Shown here piece after piece: positions 43,633 through 53,033 of a DNA stretch of 64,000 nt. The first letter of the stretch is position 1, and each line of letters opens with the position of its first letter. Location: contig CAWDXG010000004.1 in the NCBI GenBank assembly GCA_963806225.1, forward strand, positions 3,040,001-3,104,000. The letters are read 5' to 3'. Position numbers and translations under genes: made by a program. This DNA comes from an uncultured delta proteobacterium. GTDB lineage: Bacteria; Myxococcota_A; Polyangia; Polyangiales; Polyangiaceae. A model generated the notes under the pieces. It was not told the origin of the DNA. It ran no database searches and saw only the letters and a list, made by a program, of their open reading frames with translations.

Positions 43633-46290
43633 ATGACGACCTTCGAACGACACCACGCTCGTTGTTCCTGTGCCGGCGCCGGAGCCGGCGCACCGTTCGC
43701 GCTCGCCGGCACCGTGCGGCAGTACGAGCGTTCGCGCCCGTTCTCGATCCGGCACCTGGCGCTCGATCTCGACCTCGACTTCAACGAGAAAGCCGTGGCG
43801 GGCAAGGCGACGCTCGACTTCGAGCGGCAGGATCCGGATCACCACGAGCTGGTTCTCGACGCGGTCGGCTTCGAGCTCGGCAAGCTGCGCCTGGACACCG
43901 GCAAGGGCTTCGTGGCCGCGCGCTACGAGTACGATGGCGACCGCATCAGCGTGCACGTCCCCGCACGGGCGAAGCGCGGGCGGCTCGAGGTGCACTACCG
44001 CGCCGTGCCGCGCCGCGGACTGTACTTCCTCTCGCCCGACAGCGAGGTCACCGATCGCCCCGAGCAGGTGTGGTCGCAGTGCCAGGACGAGGACGCGCGC
44101 CACTGGTTCCCCTGCCACGACAAGCCCCACGTCAAGATGACGACCGAACTCCGCGTGCGGGTGCCCTCGGGCTTTGCCGCGCTGTCGAACGGCGAGCTCG
44201 TGGGCAGCCAGAAGCCGAAGGGCAAGGGCCGCCGCTGGCGCTACCACTTCCGCCTCGACCAGCCGCATCCGAGCTACCTGATGACACTCGTCGCCGGGCG
44301 CTTCGACACCATCGAGGATCGCGCCGCGCGCGCGGGCGAGCGCGAGGTACCCGTCACGTACTACGTGCCGCCCGGCAGGAAGCAGGACGGACGCCGGAGC
44401 TTCGGCAGGACGCCGCACATGATCGAGCTGTTCGGCAGGCTCACCGGCGTGCCCTATCCATGGAGCCGCTACTCGCAGGTGGTGGTCAGCGATTTCATTT
44501 TCGGCGGCATGGAGAACACCACCGCCACCACCATGTACGAGTACATCCTGCTCGACCAGCGCGCCGCCCTCGACGTAGCGAGCGAGGACCTGGTCGCCCA
44601 CGAACTGGCGCACCAGTGGTTCGGTGACTACGTGACCTGCCGGGACTGGTCGCACGGCTGGCTCAACGAGGGCTTCGCGACCTTTTTCGAGCACATCGAG
44701 CGCGAGGATCGCCTGGGCCTCGACGAGTACGAGCACGGCGTCAGGGCCGACCTCGCCGCGTACCTTGCCGAGGCGAACGGCCGCTACATGCGCCCGATCG
44801 TGTGCCGCGACTACGAAAACCCCATCGATCTGTTCGACCGGCACCTGTACGAAAAGGGCGGCCTGGTGCTGCACATGCTGCGCCGCGAGCTCGGCGACAA
44901 GCTATTCTGGCAGGGGATCCACAACTATCTCGAACGCCACGCCCGCGGCATCGTCGAGACGAACGATCTACAGCGCGCACTCGAGGAAACGAGCGGCCGC
45001 TCGCTGGAGCGCCTGTTCGACCAGTGGGTGTACCGGCCCGGCCACCCCATCCTCAAAGTGAAGGTGTCCTACGACGACAGGCTGCTCAACGTGAACGTGA
45101 AACAGGCGCAGAAGACCGGCGCCACGGCCGTGTTCGCCTACCCGCTCGAGATCGAGGTGGCCGACAAGTCGGGCCGCGTGAAGCGTTACCGGAAGGACGT
45201 GACACAGGCGAACGACGCGCTGGTCGTCGGCCTGCCCGAGCGCCCGGCGTGGGTCGCGTTCGATCCCGCGCTGCGCGTGTGCGGCGACGTGACCGTGGAC
45301 GCGCCGGCCGACATGCTGCGCCGCCAGCTGGAGCAGGGCCCGAGCGCGCGCGTTCGTACGCAGGCCGCCGAGGCGCTCGGGCGCCGCGACGATTCGCCCA
45401 GCATCCATGCACTCGGCAAGGCGCTCGACAGCGAGAAGGAAGCCTGGGTGGTGCGCGCCGCGGCCGCGCGCGCGCTCGGCCGCGTCCGCGGACAGCAGAG
45501 CTTCGCGCTGCTCGAGAAGCATATCCAAACCGAGCATCCCAAGGTGCGCCGCGCCGTGGTGGCGGCGCTCGGCGCCTTCCGCACGCCGGAAGCCGCAAAG
45601 CTGCTCACGCCGGTGGCGAAGAAGGACGACAGCTACCTGGTCGAGTCGGAGGCAGCGCGCGCGCTCGGCCGCACACGCCAGCCCTCGGCGCTCAAGCCCC
45701 TGCTCGGACTCGTCGACCGGACATCGTGGGCCGACGTCGCCCGCGCCGGGGCGCTCGACGGCCTGGCCGCGCTCAGGGACGAATCGGCGATCGAGCCGGT
45801 GATGGCTCGCACGCGTTACGGCATTCCCACGCGCGGCCGGCGTGCGGCGATCGCCGCGCTGGCACAGCTCTCCGACAGCCGCACTTCACGCGAGCACCTG
45901 GAGCTGATGCTCGAAGATCCGGATCCACACCTGCGCATCGATGTGGTGCGCGCGCTCCAGACGCTCGGCAGCCCGAAATCGCGCGGCCCGCTCGGACGGC
46001 AGCTGGAGCGGGAGCTCGACGGCCGCGTGGCGAGGCGCATCCGCGAGGCGCTGCGTGACATGGGTGATGCGCCGGCCAAGGAACGCAAGCGCCTGAGCGA
46101 CGAGCTCGAGAACGTCAAGAACGAGCTCGGCGAGCTGAAGGTGCGGCTGGCGAAGCTGGAGGGCCCGAAGCGGAGGAGCGCTTCGACCGCTTCGGCCCCC
46201 ACGAAGAAGAGCAGCACGAAGAAGAAGAGCAGCGCGAAAAGGGCCACGCCCAAGCGCACGCAGAGAAGGAACAAGCTCGATGAGCGATGA
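43633..46290 (+). CDS. M1 aminopeptidase with HEAT repeats
   Basis: ARHWFPC, GGMEN, HELAHQWFG...WLNEGFA, YEKGG; HEAT repeats; coiled coil and Lys-rich tail. Confidence 0.93.
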   Translation: MTTFERHHARCSCAGAGAGAPFALAGTVRQYERSRPFSIRHLALDLDLDFNEKAVAGKATLDFERQDPDHHELVLDAVGFELGKLRLDTGKGFVAARYEYDGDRISVHVPARAKRGRLEVHYRAVPRRGLYFLSPDSEVTDRPEQVWSQCQDEDARHWFPCHDKPHVKMTTELRVRVPSGFAALSNGELVGSQKPKGKGRRWRYHFRLDQPHPSYLMTLVAGRFDTIEDRAARAGEREVPVTYYVPPGRKQDGRRSFGRTPHMIELFGRLTGVPYPWSRYSQVVVSDFIFGGMENTTATTMYEYILLDQRAALDVASEDLVAHELAHQWFGDYVTCRDWSHGWLNEGFATFFEHIEREDRLGLDEYEHGVRADLAAYLAEANGRYMRPIVCRDYENPIDLFDRHLYEKGGLVLHMLRRELGDKLFWQGIHNYLERHARGIVETNDLQRALEETSGRSLERLFDQWVYRPGHPILKVKVSYDDRLLNVNVKQAQKTGATAVFAYPLEIEVADKSGRVKRYRKDVTQANDALVVGLPERPAWVAFDPALRVCGDVTVDAPADMLRRQLEQGPSARVRTQAAEALGRRDDSPSIHALGKALDSEKEAWVVRAAAARALGRVRGQQSFALLEKHIQTEHPKVRRAVVAALGAFRTPEAAKLLTPVAKKDDSYLVESEAARALGRTRQPSALKPLLGLVDRTSWADVARAGALDGLAALRDESAIEPVMARTRYGIPTRGRRAAIAALAQLSDSRTSREHLELMLEDPDPHLRIDVVRALQTLGSPKSRGPLGRQLERELDGRVARRIREALRDMGDAPAKERKRLSDELENVKNELGELKVRLAKLEGPKRRSASTASAPTKKSSTKKKSSAKRATPKRTQRRNKLDER

Positions 46291-47065
46291 ACCCGTCAAG
46301 CTGGAGCGCAAAGGCGGCGTCGCCGTCGTCACCCTCGACCGCCCCGAGCGGATGAACTCGCTGTCGCGGGCCACGCTCGAGGCGCTCGGACGCATCGGAC
46401 GCGAGCTCGACGGCGACGCGGAGCTCCGCGCCATCGTGCTCACGGGCGCGGGCGAAAAGGCGTTCTGCGCCGGCGCCGACCTGAAGGAGCGCAAGGGCAT
46501 GGATCAAGAAGCCGTGCGCGACCAGGTCAAGATGTACCGCACGCACCTCGGCTGGCTCGACACCTCGCGCGTGCCGGTCATCGCCGCCATCAACGGCGTC
46601 GCGCTGGGCGGCGGACTGGAGCTCGCGCTGCTCTGCGATCTGCGCGTCGCCGCGGCGCACGCGAAGCTCGGACTGCCAGAGACGGGCCTCGGCATCATCC
46701 CCGGCGCCGGCGGCACGCAGCGCCTGCCGCGCGTGGTCGGCGAAGCGCGCGCCAAGGAGCTGATCCTGCTCGCGCGCCGTCTCGACGCGAACGAAGCGCT
46801 CGCCATCGGACTGGTGAACCGCGTCACCCCGGCCGGCACGAACGTGCTCGACGACACGCTGGAGTGGATCCGCCCGATCAGCGAGGGCGCACCCATCGCA
46901 CAGTCGGCAGCGCTCCGCGCCATCGACGCCTCCTTCGAGCTGCCGCTCGATCACGGCGTCGAGATCGAGCGCATCCTCTACGACGAGTGCCTGAAGAGCG
47001 AGGACCGGGTCGAGGCCCTGAACGCCTTCGCCGAGAAGCGGAAACCGGCCTTCAAGGGGCGGTAG
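46280..47065 (+). CDS. Enoyl-CoA hydratase/isomerase (LiuC/YngF-like)
   Basis: AFCAGADLKE, ALGGGLELAL, GLPETGLGIIPGAGGTQRL (both catalytic Glu). Confidence 0.92.
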   Translation: MSDEPVKLERKGGVAVVTLDRPERMNSLSRATLEALGRIGRELDGDAELRAIVLTGAGEKAFCAGADLKERKGMDQEAVRDQVKMYRTHLGWLDTSRVPVIAAINGVALGGGLELALLCDLRVAAAHAKLGLPETGLGIIPGAGGTQRLPRVVGEARAKELILLARRLDANEALAIGLVNRVTPAGTNVLDDTLEWIRPISEGAPIAQSAALRAIDASFELPLDHGVEIERILYDECLKSEDRVEALNAFAEKRKPAFKGR

Positions 47066-47604
47066 TGCGGCAGCATGCCGCGGCCGCGCCGGACACCACC
47101 TGCGAGCTCTGCGGTCGCGCCGCCGAGACGCGCCAGGTCGGCTTCACGCGGAACATCGGCGCGATCGTCTTGAACTTCAGCAGAACGGCGCACGGCAACA
47201 TGTGCCGTTTCTGCGTCGAACGCTATTTCTGGCGCTACACGCTCGTCAGCCTGCTCTTCGGCTGGTGGGGCGTGACGTCGTTCTTCGTGACCCTCGTCTG
47301 GGTCCCCATCAACATCGTCTGCTACCTGCGCTGCCTGGGGCTCGACGCGCCGCAGGACGATGCCGGTAGCCTGGCCGACCGACGGCGGCGCGGTCTGGGC
47401 GCGATGGGCTGCGCGGGTTTCCTCGGGATGGCGGCGATCGGCGTCGCCGCCGGAGCCTGGCGGCTCGGGGCACCGGCCGCGAACGAAAACACCACGGGCG
47501 CCGTGATCCTGCTCGCACTGTCGGCGCTCTTCGGCCTGCCGACTCTGCTCGTGTTCGGAGCCGGCGTCTTCCTGTACGCGCGGGGCCGCCGCACCAGGGC
47601 CTGA
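47065..47604 (+). CDS. Hypothetical membrane protein with two CxxC motifs
   Basis: GTG overlapping the upstream stop; CELC...CRFC; LLFGWWG; about 4 TM helices. Confidence 0.6.
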   Translation: MRQHAAAAPDTTCELCGRAAETRQVGFTRNIGAIVLNFSRTAHGNMCRFCVERYFWRYTLVSLLFGWWGVTSFFVTLVWVPINIVCYLRCLGLDAPQDDAGSLADRRRRGLGAMGCAGFLGMAAIGVAAGAWRLGAPAANENTTGAVILLALSALFGLPTLLVFGAGVFLYARGRRTRA

Positions 47605-47746
47605 AGCGCGCGACCTACCGGCGCGTCGAGGGCTGTGCCGGCACGCGCGACGCAGAATCCCCGGCGTGTCGTTCAGGCGGTATCTCTCGTCCCAGTCGGT
47701 GCGGTTCGGCTTCGGTCAACGCTATCGGACCGGCCCCCGGAGCACG

Positions 47747-49594
47747 TCAACCGGCGCGACGGCGTCGCACCACGAACAGCCCGAGCAGGCCGAGCGCCAA
47801 CCAGAGGGGCTGGTCGCCCGATCGCGAGCCCGCCGCCCGGCATGCGCAGCCGCCCGGATCACGGGAGAAGGCGTTGCCGCCACCGTCCGGCCCAGCGTCC
47901 GCGATGTTGCCGGCGCTGCCGCCAGAGCTGCTGCCCGCGCTGCCAGCCGTTCCACCGCTGCCACCCGTCGCGCCGCCACTGCCCGCGCTACCGGCCGTTC
48001 CACCGCTGCCGCCCGTCGCGCCGCCGCTGCCCGCGCTGCCGCCGCTGCCCGCGCTGCCCCCCGTGCCGGCAGTCCCACCGCTGCCACCGGCGTCTGTACC
48101 GCCATCCGTGCTGGTCACGCAGTTGCCCGATTGGCAGGTGCCGTTCGGACAAGGCTGCCCCTCGTGAGACGACGCGTCGTGCGCGCAGCCCGTGGCGGGA
48201 GCGCAGCTGTCTGTCGTGCACGGGTTCTTGTCGTCGCAGCTGATGGTGTTGCCCTTGCAACTGCCGCTCTGGCAGCTGTCGCTCGCGGTGCAATTGTCGC
48301 CGTCATCGCAGCTCTTGCCGTTGGCGAGCGTATGCTGGCAGCCGTTCTTCGCATCACACGAGTCATTGGTGCAGGGATTGTTGTCGTTGCAGTCGATCTG
48401 CGTCCCGCCGGTGCAGCTTCCCTGGGAGCACTTGTCCTGCTGCGTGCATGCGTCCCCGTCGTCGCACGCTGTCCCGTCCAGCTTGTTGTTCTGGCACGTA
48501 CCTGCCGAGCAGGTGTCGGCCGTGCAGGGGTTGCTATCGTCGCAGTTCAGACCACTGCCCTTGCACACGCCGCCCGAGCACTGATCACCCGACGTACAGC
48601 TGTTGCCGTCGTCGCACTTCGCGCCGTTCGGGAGGTTCGTGTGCCCACAGCTCCCGGTGGTCGGGTCGCAGGTATCCTGCGTGCATGGATTCGCGTCGTT
48701 GCACGTAACGGCAGTGCCGGTGCACCCGCTCTTGCCGTCGCAGTGATCACTCGAGGTACACGGGTTGCCGTCGTTGCAGGCCGTGCTCGTCGAAGTGGGC
48801 GTGTGGGTGCATTGCCCGTTGGCGTCACAGGCATCGTTCGTGCACGGGTTGCCGTCGTCGCAGTTCTGGCACGCGTTGCCGTTGCTACCGCACAGCGACA
48901 CCGACCCTCCGGCGGCGCAGGTGCCGCCGGACATGCAACCCTTGCAACAGGAGCCGCCGAAGCACTTGCCCGAACCGCTGGCACAGCTGGTCCCGTCGGA
49001 CACCGGCGGATAGCTGCAAGCGTGGTTGGCACAGGCGTTCAGCGTGCACTCGTTGTTGTCGTCGCAACTCTTGCAGACGCCACCTGCGCCTCCGCAGGAG
49101 CTCGGCGACGTTCCGCTCAGGCAGGAACTGCCCGAGATGCAGCCCTGGCAGCAGCTACCACCTAGGCACACGCCGCCGCTGCACGTCGCGGTGGCTGGGC
49201 TGTGGGAGCAGCCCCCACTCGACGTGCACGTGTCGGTCGTACAGACGTTGCCGTCGTTGCAGCTCTTGCAGCTTCCGCCGCCCTGCCCACACTGGTAGGA
49301 TACGGTTCCCGACACGCACTTGCTGCCGGTCCAGCAGCCGGTGCAGCAGCCGGTCCCCTCGCATATGCCCGGCTTGCCGCTCGCGGTGCAGGTGCCGCCG
49401 GGCACGTAGGTGCACTTGCCTCCGATGCAGTCGAAGCAGGTCCCGCAGGTCGTACAGGCCGCCTGCTGGACGCTGCCGGTCGGCTCGTCGTGGGAGCCGT
49501 CGCCCGCCGAGCAGCCGACAATGACAAGCAACGACGCCAGCGCGATGACGCCACTGGTCGCGAGCGTAATTATGCGATGCTGGGCTCTGGACAT
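47747..49594 (-). CDS. Cys-rich repeat surface protein with MYXO-CTERM
   Basis: Lipobox VIVGC; about 11 C-D-x-N-x-CT repeats; Gly/Ser stalk; GGCAC...LWLALGLLGLFVVRRRR. Confidence 0.85.
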   Translation of the reverse strand: MSRAQHRIITLATSGVIALASLLVIVGCSAGDGSHDEPTGSVQQAACTTCGTCFDCIGGKCTYVPGGTCTASGKPGICEGTGCCTGCWTGSKCVSGTVSYQCGQGGGSCKSCNDGNVCTTDTCTSSGGCSHSPATATCSGGVCLGGSCCQGCISGSSCLSGTSPSSCGGAGGVCKSCDDNNECTLNACANHACSYPPVSDGTSCASGSGKCFGGSCCKGCMSGGTCAAGGSVSLCGSNGNACQNCDDGNPCTNDACDANGQCTHTPTSTSTACNDGNPCTSSDHCDGKSGCTGTAVTCNDANPCTQDTCDPTTGSCGHTNLPNGAKCDDGNSCTSGDQCSGGVCKGSGLNCDDSNPCTADTCSAGTCQNNKLDGTACDDGDACTQQDKCSQGSCTGGTQIDCNDNNPCTNDSCDAKNGCQHTLANGKSCDDGDNCTASDSCQSGSCKGNTISCDDKNPCTTDSCAPATGCAHDASSHEGQPCPNGTCQSGNCVTSTDGGTDAGGSGGTAGTGGSAGSGGSAGSGGATGGSGGTAGSAGSGGATGGSGGTAGSAGSSSGGSAGNIADAGPDGGGNAFSRDPGGCACRAAGSRSGDQPLWLALGLLGLFVVRRRRAG

Positions 49595-49638
49595 TTCTTC
49601 TGCTCCCCGATTCCTTCCGGCTCTGCACTCGCCGTCGG

Positions 49639-50703
49639 CTAGAACGTCCCCGTGACACCCGCCGACCTCAGGCCGACCCATGGATGGATTGTCGCGCCGT
49701 CGACATGCTCGGCGCCGTGTTTTTGCGAAAGCAGGAAGAGCGTCACCCCGGCTGCCACCCCGACGCCCCCGACGGCGTAACCCACGATAGCCAGCGTCTT
49801 CGCGCTTCGTGCCTGATCGTCGAGCGAGGCGACCTCGGCGGACTTGGGATTTTTGTCGACGCACGGGGAACCGCACGCCTTGTAGGCGGCGTCCGCGTCC
49901 TTGCGCTTGCTGCTCGAGCGCAGCACGAAGAACGTACCGAGGCCGGCTCCCACAACACCCACGCCCAGTGCTGCGTAGGCCCCAATCCTGAGACCGCTCG
50001 CGCCTCCGCCTCGGTCGGCGGCGCCACGATCACTTTTCGCAGGAGGCGGCGGACTGCTCTGACCAGGCTCCGGAGTGTCGTCGGCTTGCGGTGGCTCGAT
50101 CGCGCCTGCGCCACGATTGGCCTCGAGCGTCAGGGAGATCGATTGATCGGCCGCCGCGGCGAGCGTCACGTCCTTCGTGGCGGGTTTGAACCCGGTGGCG
50201 ACGGCCTTGACCTGGTGCTTGCCGGGGTCGACCGGCATCTCGATGCCGACGAGCGCAGGAGGCACGGGGTTGCCATCCATCGTCACGATCACCGTCGTGT
50301 TGCCCGCGCCGCCCACCTGGATGGTCAGGTGTGCGATCTTCGCCTCAACGTCCTTCACTTCCTTCGCTGCGGACTCTTGTGCCTTGCGAAAAGCGGCGGG
50401 CGCGTTCGGCGCGAGCGCTTCATGGATGATCTGCAGGTACAGCTCGCGCGCCTTGACGTAGTGACCCAGCTTGGCGTGCGCCCTCGCGATGAACAGGACC
50501 TGCGTCGGCGCGCGGACCAGCCTCTGTGCGCGCGAGAACAGGTCGATGGCCTTCTGCCATTGTCCCTTCTGGAAGGCGTGGAAGCCCTGGGTCGCGGCCG
50601 CGCGCGCTCCCGCTCGCTGGGTGTCTGTTTGCGCGAGCGCGCTCCTCGCGTGCAGTGCCAGCACGAGCGCCGGCACGGCGAGTATTCCTCGTCGGAGCCA
50701 CAT
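49639..50703 (-). CDS. TPR + PEGA-domain protein
   Basis: Signal peptide; TPR-like helices; PEGA-like VTMDG...VDPGKHQV; two Gly-rich hydrophobic helices; ends AGVTGTF. Confidence 0.75.
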   Translation of the reverse strand: MWLRRGILAVPALVLALHARSALAQTDTQRAGARAAATQGFHAFQKGQWQKAIDLFSRAQRLVRAPTQVLFIARAHAKLGHYVKARELYLQIIHEALAPNAPAAFRKAQESAAKEVKDVEAKIAHLTIQVGGAGNTTVIVTMDGNPVPPALVGIEMPVDPGKHQVKAVATGFKPATKDVTLAAAADQSISLTLEANRGAGAIEPPQADDTPEPGQSSPPPPAKSDRGAADRGGGASGLRIGAYAALGVGVVGAGLGTFFVLRSSSKRKDADAAYKACGSPCVDKNPKSAEVASLDDQARSAKTLAIVGYAVGGVGVAAGVTLFLLSQKHGAEHVDGATIHPWVGLRSAGVTGTF

Positions 50704-50878
50704 CCGACCCGATGGTAGCATGCGACAGGGGCACTGGGTGCCATCACATGGGGACCGGTTCACGTCTGGAATCGCCCGGCTATTTGCCCGGGATCGATCA
50801 GATACTGACAGGAATCATCCGCCGCCACTCGCGTTGCATGGCCCCGCATCCGATCGCCAGCTATCCTCTTGATCCCCT

Positions 50879-52312
50879 ATGTCGCTCAAGCCCGGCGAAC
50901 TTGTAGAAGGTAAGTACCGCATCGTCCGCCTGATCGGAGAAGGCGGGATGGGAGCAGTCTACGAGGGTGAGAACGTGCGGATCAACCGCCGCGTCGCCAT
51001 CAAGGTGCTGCACGCTGCATTCGCCGGCAACGCCGACGTGGTCAAGCGCTTCGAGCGCGAGGCGCAGGCAGCCGGACGCATCGGCAACGATCACATCCTG
51101 GAAGTGCTCGACCTCGGGGATCTCCCGAACGGCGATTTCTTCATGGTGATGGAGTTTCTCGAGGGCGAAGAGCTCGGCAAGCGCATCAAGGCGCGGGGCA
51201 GGATGACGCCGCGCGAGCTCGCTCCAATCGCGCGCCAGGCGCTCACCGGCCTGGCCGCAGCCCACGCAGCGGGCATCATCCACCGCGATCTGAAACCGGA
51301 CAATATCTTCCTCTTGAGGGAGAAAGCCGGCACGACCGACTTCGTCAAGATCATCGACTTCGGCATCTCGAAGTTCCAGCCGCTGAACAACGAGATGAAG
51401 ATGACGCAAACGGGCGCGGTGATGGGCACGCCGTACTACATGTCGCCCGAACAGGCGCATGGCAGCGCCGAAGTCGACGCGCGGAGCGATCTGTATGCAT
51501 TCGGAGTCATCCTGTACGAATCGGTAACCGGCTCGGTGCCATTCGACGCCTCGACCTTCAATCAGCTGCTGTTCAAGATCGTGTTGTCGGAACCTGCTCC
51601 CGTTCTGCAGCTCGCGCCGGAGCTCGACCCGGCCTTCGCCACTCTGATCGAGAAGGCCATGGCGCGCGACACAGGACAACGCTTCCAGAGCGCCCGGGAG
51701 TTCGCCGCGGCGGTGGCAGCCTGGGAACAACACGGAACGGGCGTGGCGGTTCCGCCGCGAGCCCCCGCCGCGTCCCTGCCGGAGATCACCGGCGCAGGCG
51801 GCGCGGGTCTTGCCGCATCCCAGTCCGCTCCGGGCACTCCGGTTTTTGCCGCGGGCGTGCAAACGTCGGGCAACTGGGCGGCGTCGCAAGCGTCGGTGCC
51901 CATACGGCGGAGCAAGGCGCCGCTGTTCGTGGCGCTCGGACTAGGCGCAGCGGTTGTCATCGGAGGCGGCGCGTTCGCCGCTAGCCGCCTCGGAGGGCCC
52001 GCGACCGAACGGGCTTCGGGCGCACCGGCGCTGCCCGCCGCTGTCCCCGCCGCGGTGAGCGTCAGGCCCGAGGCGTCCGCTTCGGCCAGTCCACTCGAGT
52101 CGGCGGCGCCGGCAGCGAGCGCGTCCGCGGCTGCGCCGGCTAGCGCGACACCCGCGCCGCCGGCAGCGGCTCCCGTGACGCCGAAGCGCCCCGCACAGCA
52201 CCCGCGCCCCGCGCTGCATCGGACCGCAACGAAAGCCCAGCCCAAGCCGGCCCGGCCGTCGGAGCCGCCTGCTCCGAAAGCTACCGGAACCACGCCCGAC
52301 TTCGGCTACTGA
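50879..52312 (+). CDS. Membrane-anchored Ser/Thr protein kinase
   Basis: IGEGGMGAVY, VAIK, HRDLKPDN, DFG, GTPYYMSPE; TM helix; Ala/Pro ectodomain ending PDFGY. Confidence 0.94.
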   Translation: MSLKPGELVEGKYRIVRLIGEGGMGAVYEGENVRINRRVAIKVLHAAFAGNADVVKRFEREAQAAGRIGNDHILEVLDLGDLPNGDFFMVMEFLEGEELGKRIKARGRMTPRELAPIARQALTGLAAAHAAGIIHRDLKPDNIFLLREKAGTTDFVKIIDFGISKFQPLNNEMKMTQTGAVMGTPYYMSPEQAHGSAEVDARSDLYAFGVILYESVTGSVPFDASTFNQLLFKIVLSEPAPVLQLAPELDPAFATLIEKAMARDTGQRFQSAREFAAAVAAWEQHGTGVAVPPRAPAASLPEITGAGGAGLAASQSAPGTPVFAAGVQTSGNWAASQASVPIRRSKAPLFVALGLGAAVVIGGGAFAASRLGGPATERASGAPALPAAVPAAVSVRPEASASASPLESAAPAASASAAAPASATPAPPAAAPVTPKRPAQHPRPALHRTATKAQPKPARPSEPPAPKATGTTPDFGY

Positions 52313-52319
52313 GCCGCCA

Positions 52320-53033
52320 CTACTTCGCCGAAGCCGGCGGCGAGACGACCGCCTGCGGCTTCGCGTGCCCCTTGCCCACGACCATCTTCACCTCGAAGAA
52401 CTGGCGCACCGGACGCTGCGAGTCGGCGTCGGCCCCCAGGCCCCACAGGCCGACCTGCAGATCCAGGCTCTGGCCGCGCGTGACGGGCTTTACGCCCTTG
52501 TCGGGCCAGGTGCGCGAAAGCTCGAGCGGCTTGCCGGCATCCACGCTCTCGAACTTGTTGCCGTTGCGCGTGTCACCGAGCTCCTCGACCTTGCCGCCGC
52601 GATCGACCTTGGCGGAGAACGCGAGCGGGCCGTGCTCGGGGCCGAGCAGCACATGCGGCGAGCCGTCCTTCGACTTCGCCTGGACCGTCGCCTTGACGCC
52701 CCAGCCCGCTCCGCGGCGCACCGCCTTCGCATTGATCCGGAACTCGACCCCGGTCACCTCGACCACCAGGCCTTTCGGCGTCATGCGGTAGAGCTTCTCC
52801 CGGGGTGCCGTATCGCTGGCCGCGTCGTCGGGCTTCGCGGAAGGCGCCGTCTCGGCGTCACTCGGCCGAGGTGCGGCGGAGGGCTCGACGGAGGCGGCGG
52901 GCGGGGGCGGCGCGGACGCGGCGGGAGGCGGCGCGCTCGAGGAGGGCGCCGCGGGCGGAGCCGCGCCGCCGGCGCCACCGCCGCACGCGCCGAGCACGAC
53001 CAACGTGGACCCCAGAACCGCAAACCGCCGCAC
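52320..53033 (-). CDS. Hypothetical lipoprotein
   Basis: GTG overlapping the upstream stop; lipobox LGAC; Pro linker; beta-rich domain. Confidence 0.65.
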   Translation of the reverse strand: MRRFAVLGSTLVVLGACGGGAGGAAPPAAPSSSAPPPAASAPPPPAASVEPSAAPRPSDAETAPSAKPDDAASDTAPREKLYRMTPKGLVVEVTGVEFRINAKAVRRGAGWGVKATVQAKSKDGSPHVLLGPEHGPLAFSAKVDRGGKVEELGDTRNGNKFESVDAGKPLELSRTWPDKGVKPVTRGQSLDLQVGLWGLGADADSQRPVRQFFEVKMVVGKGHAKPQAVVSPPASAK

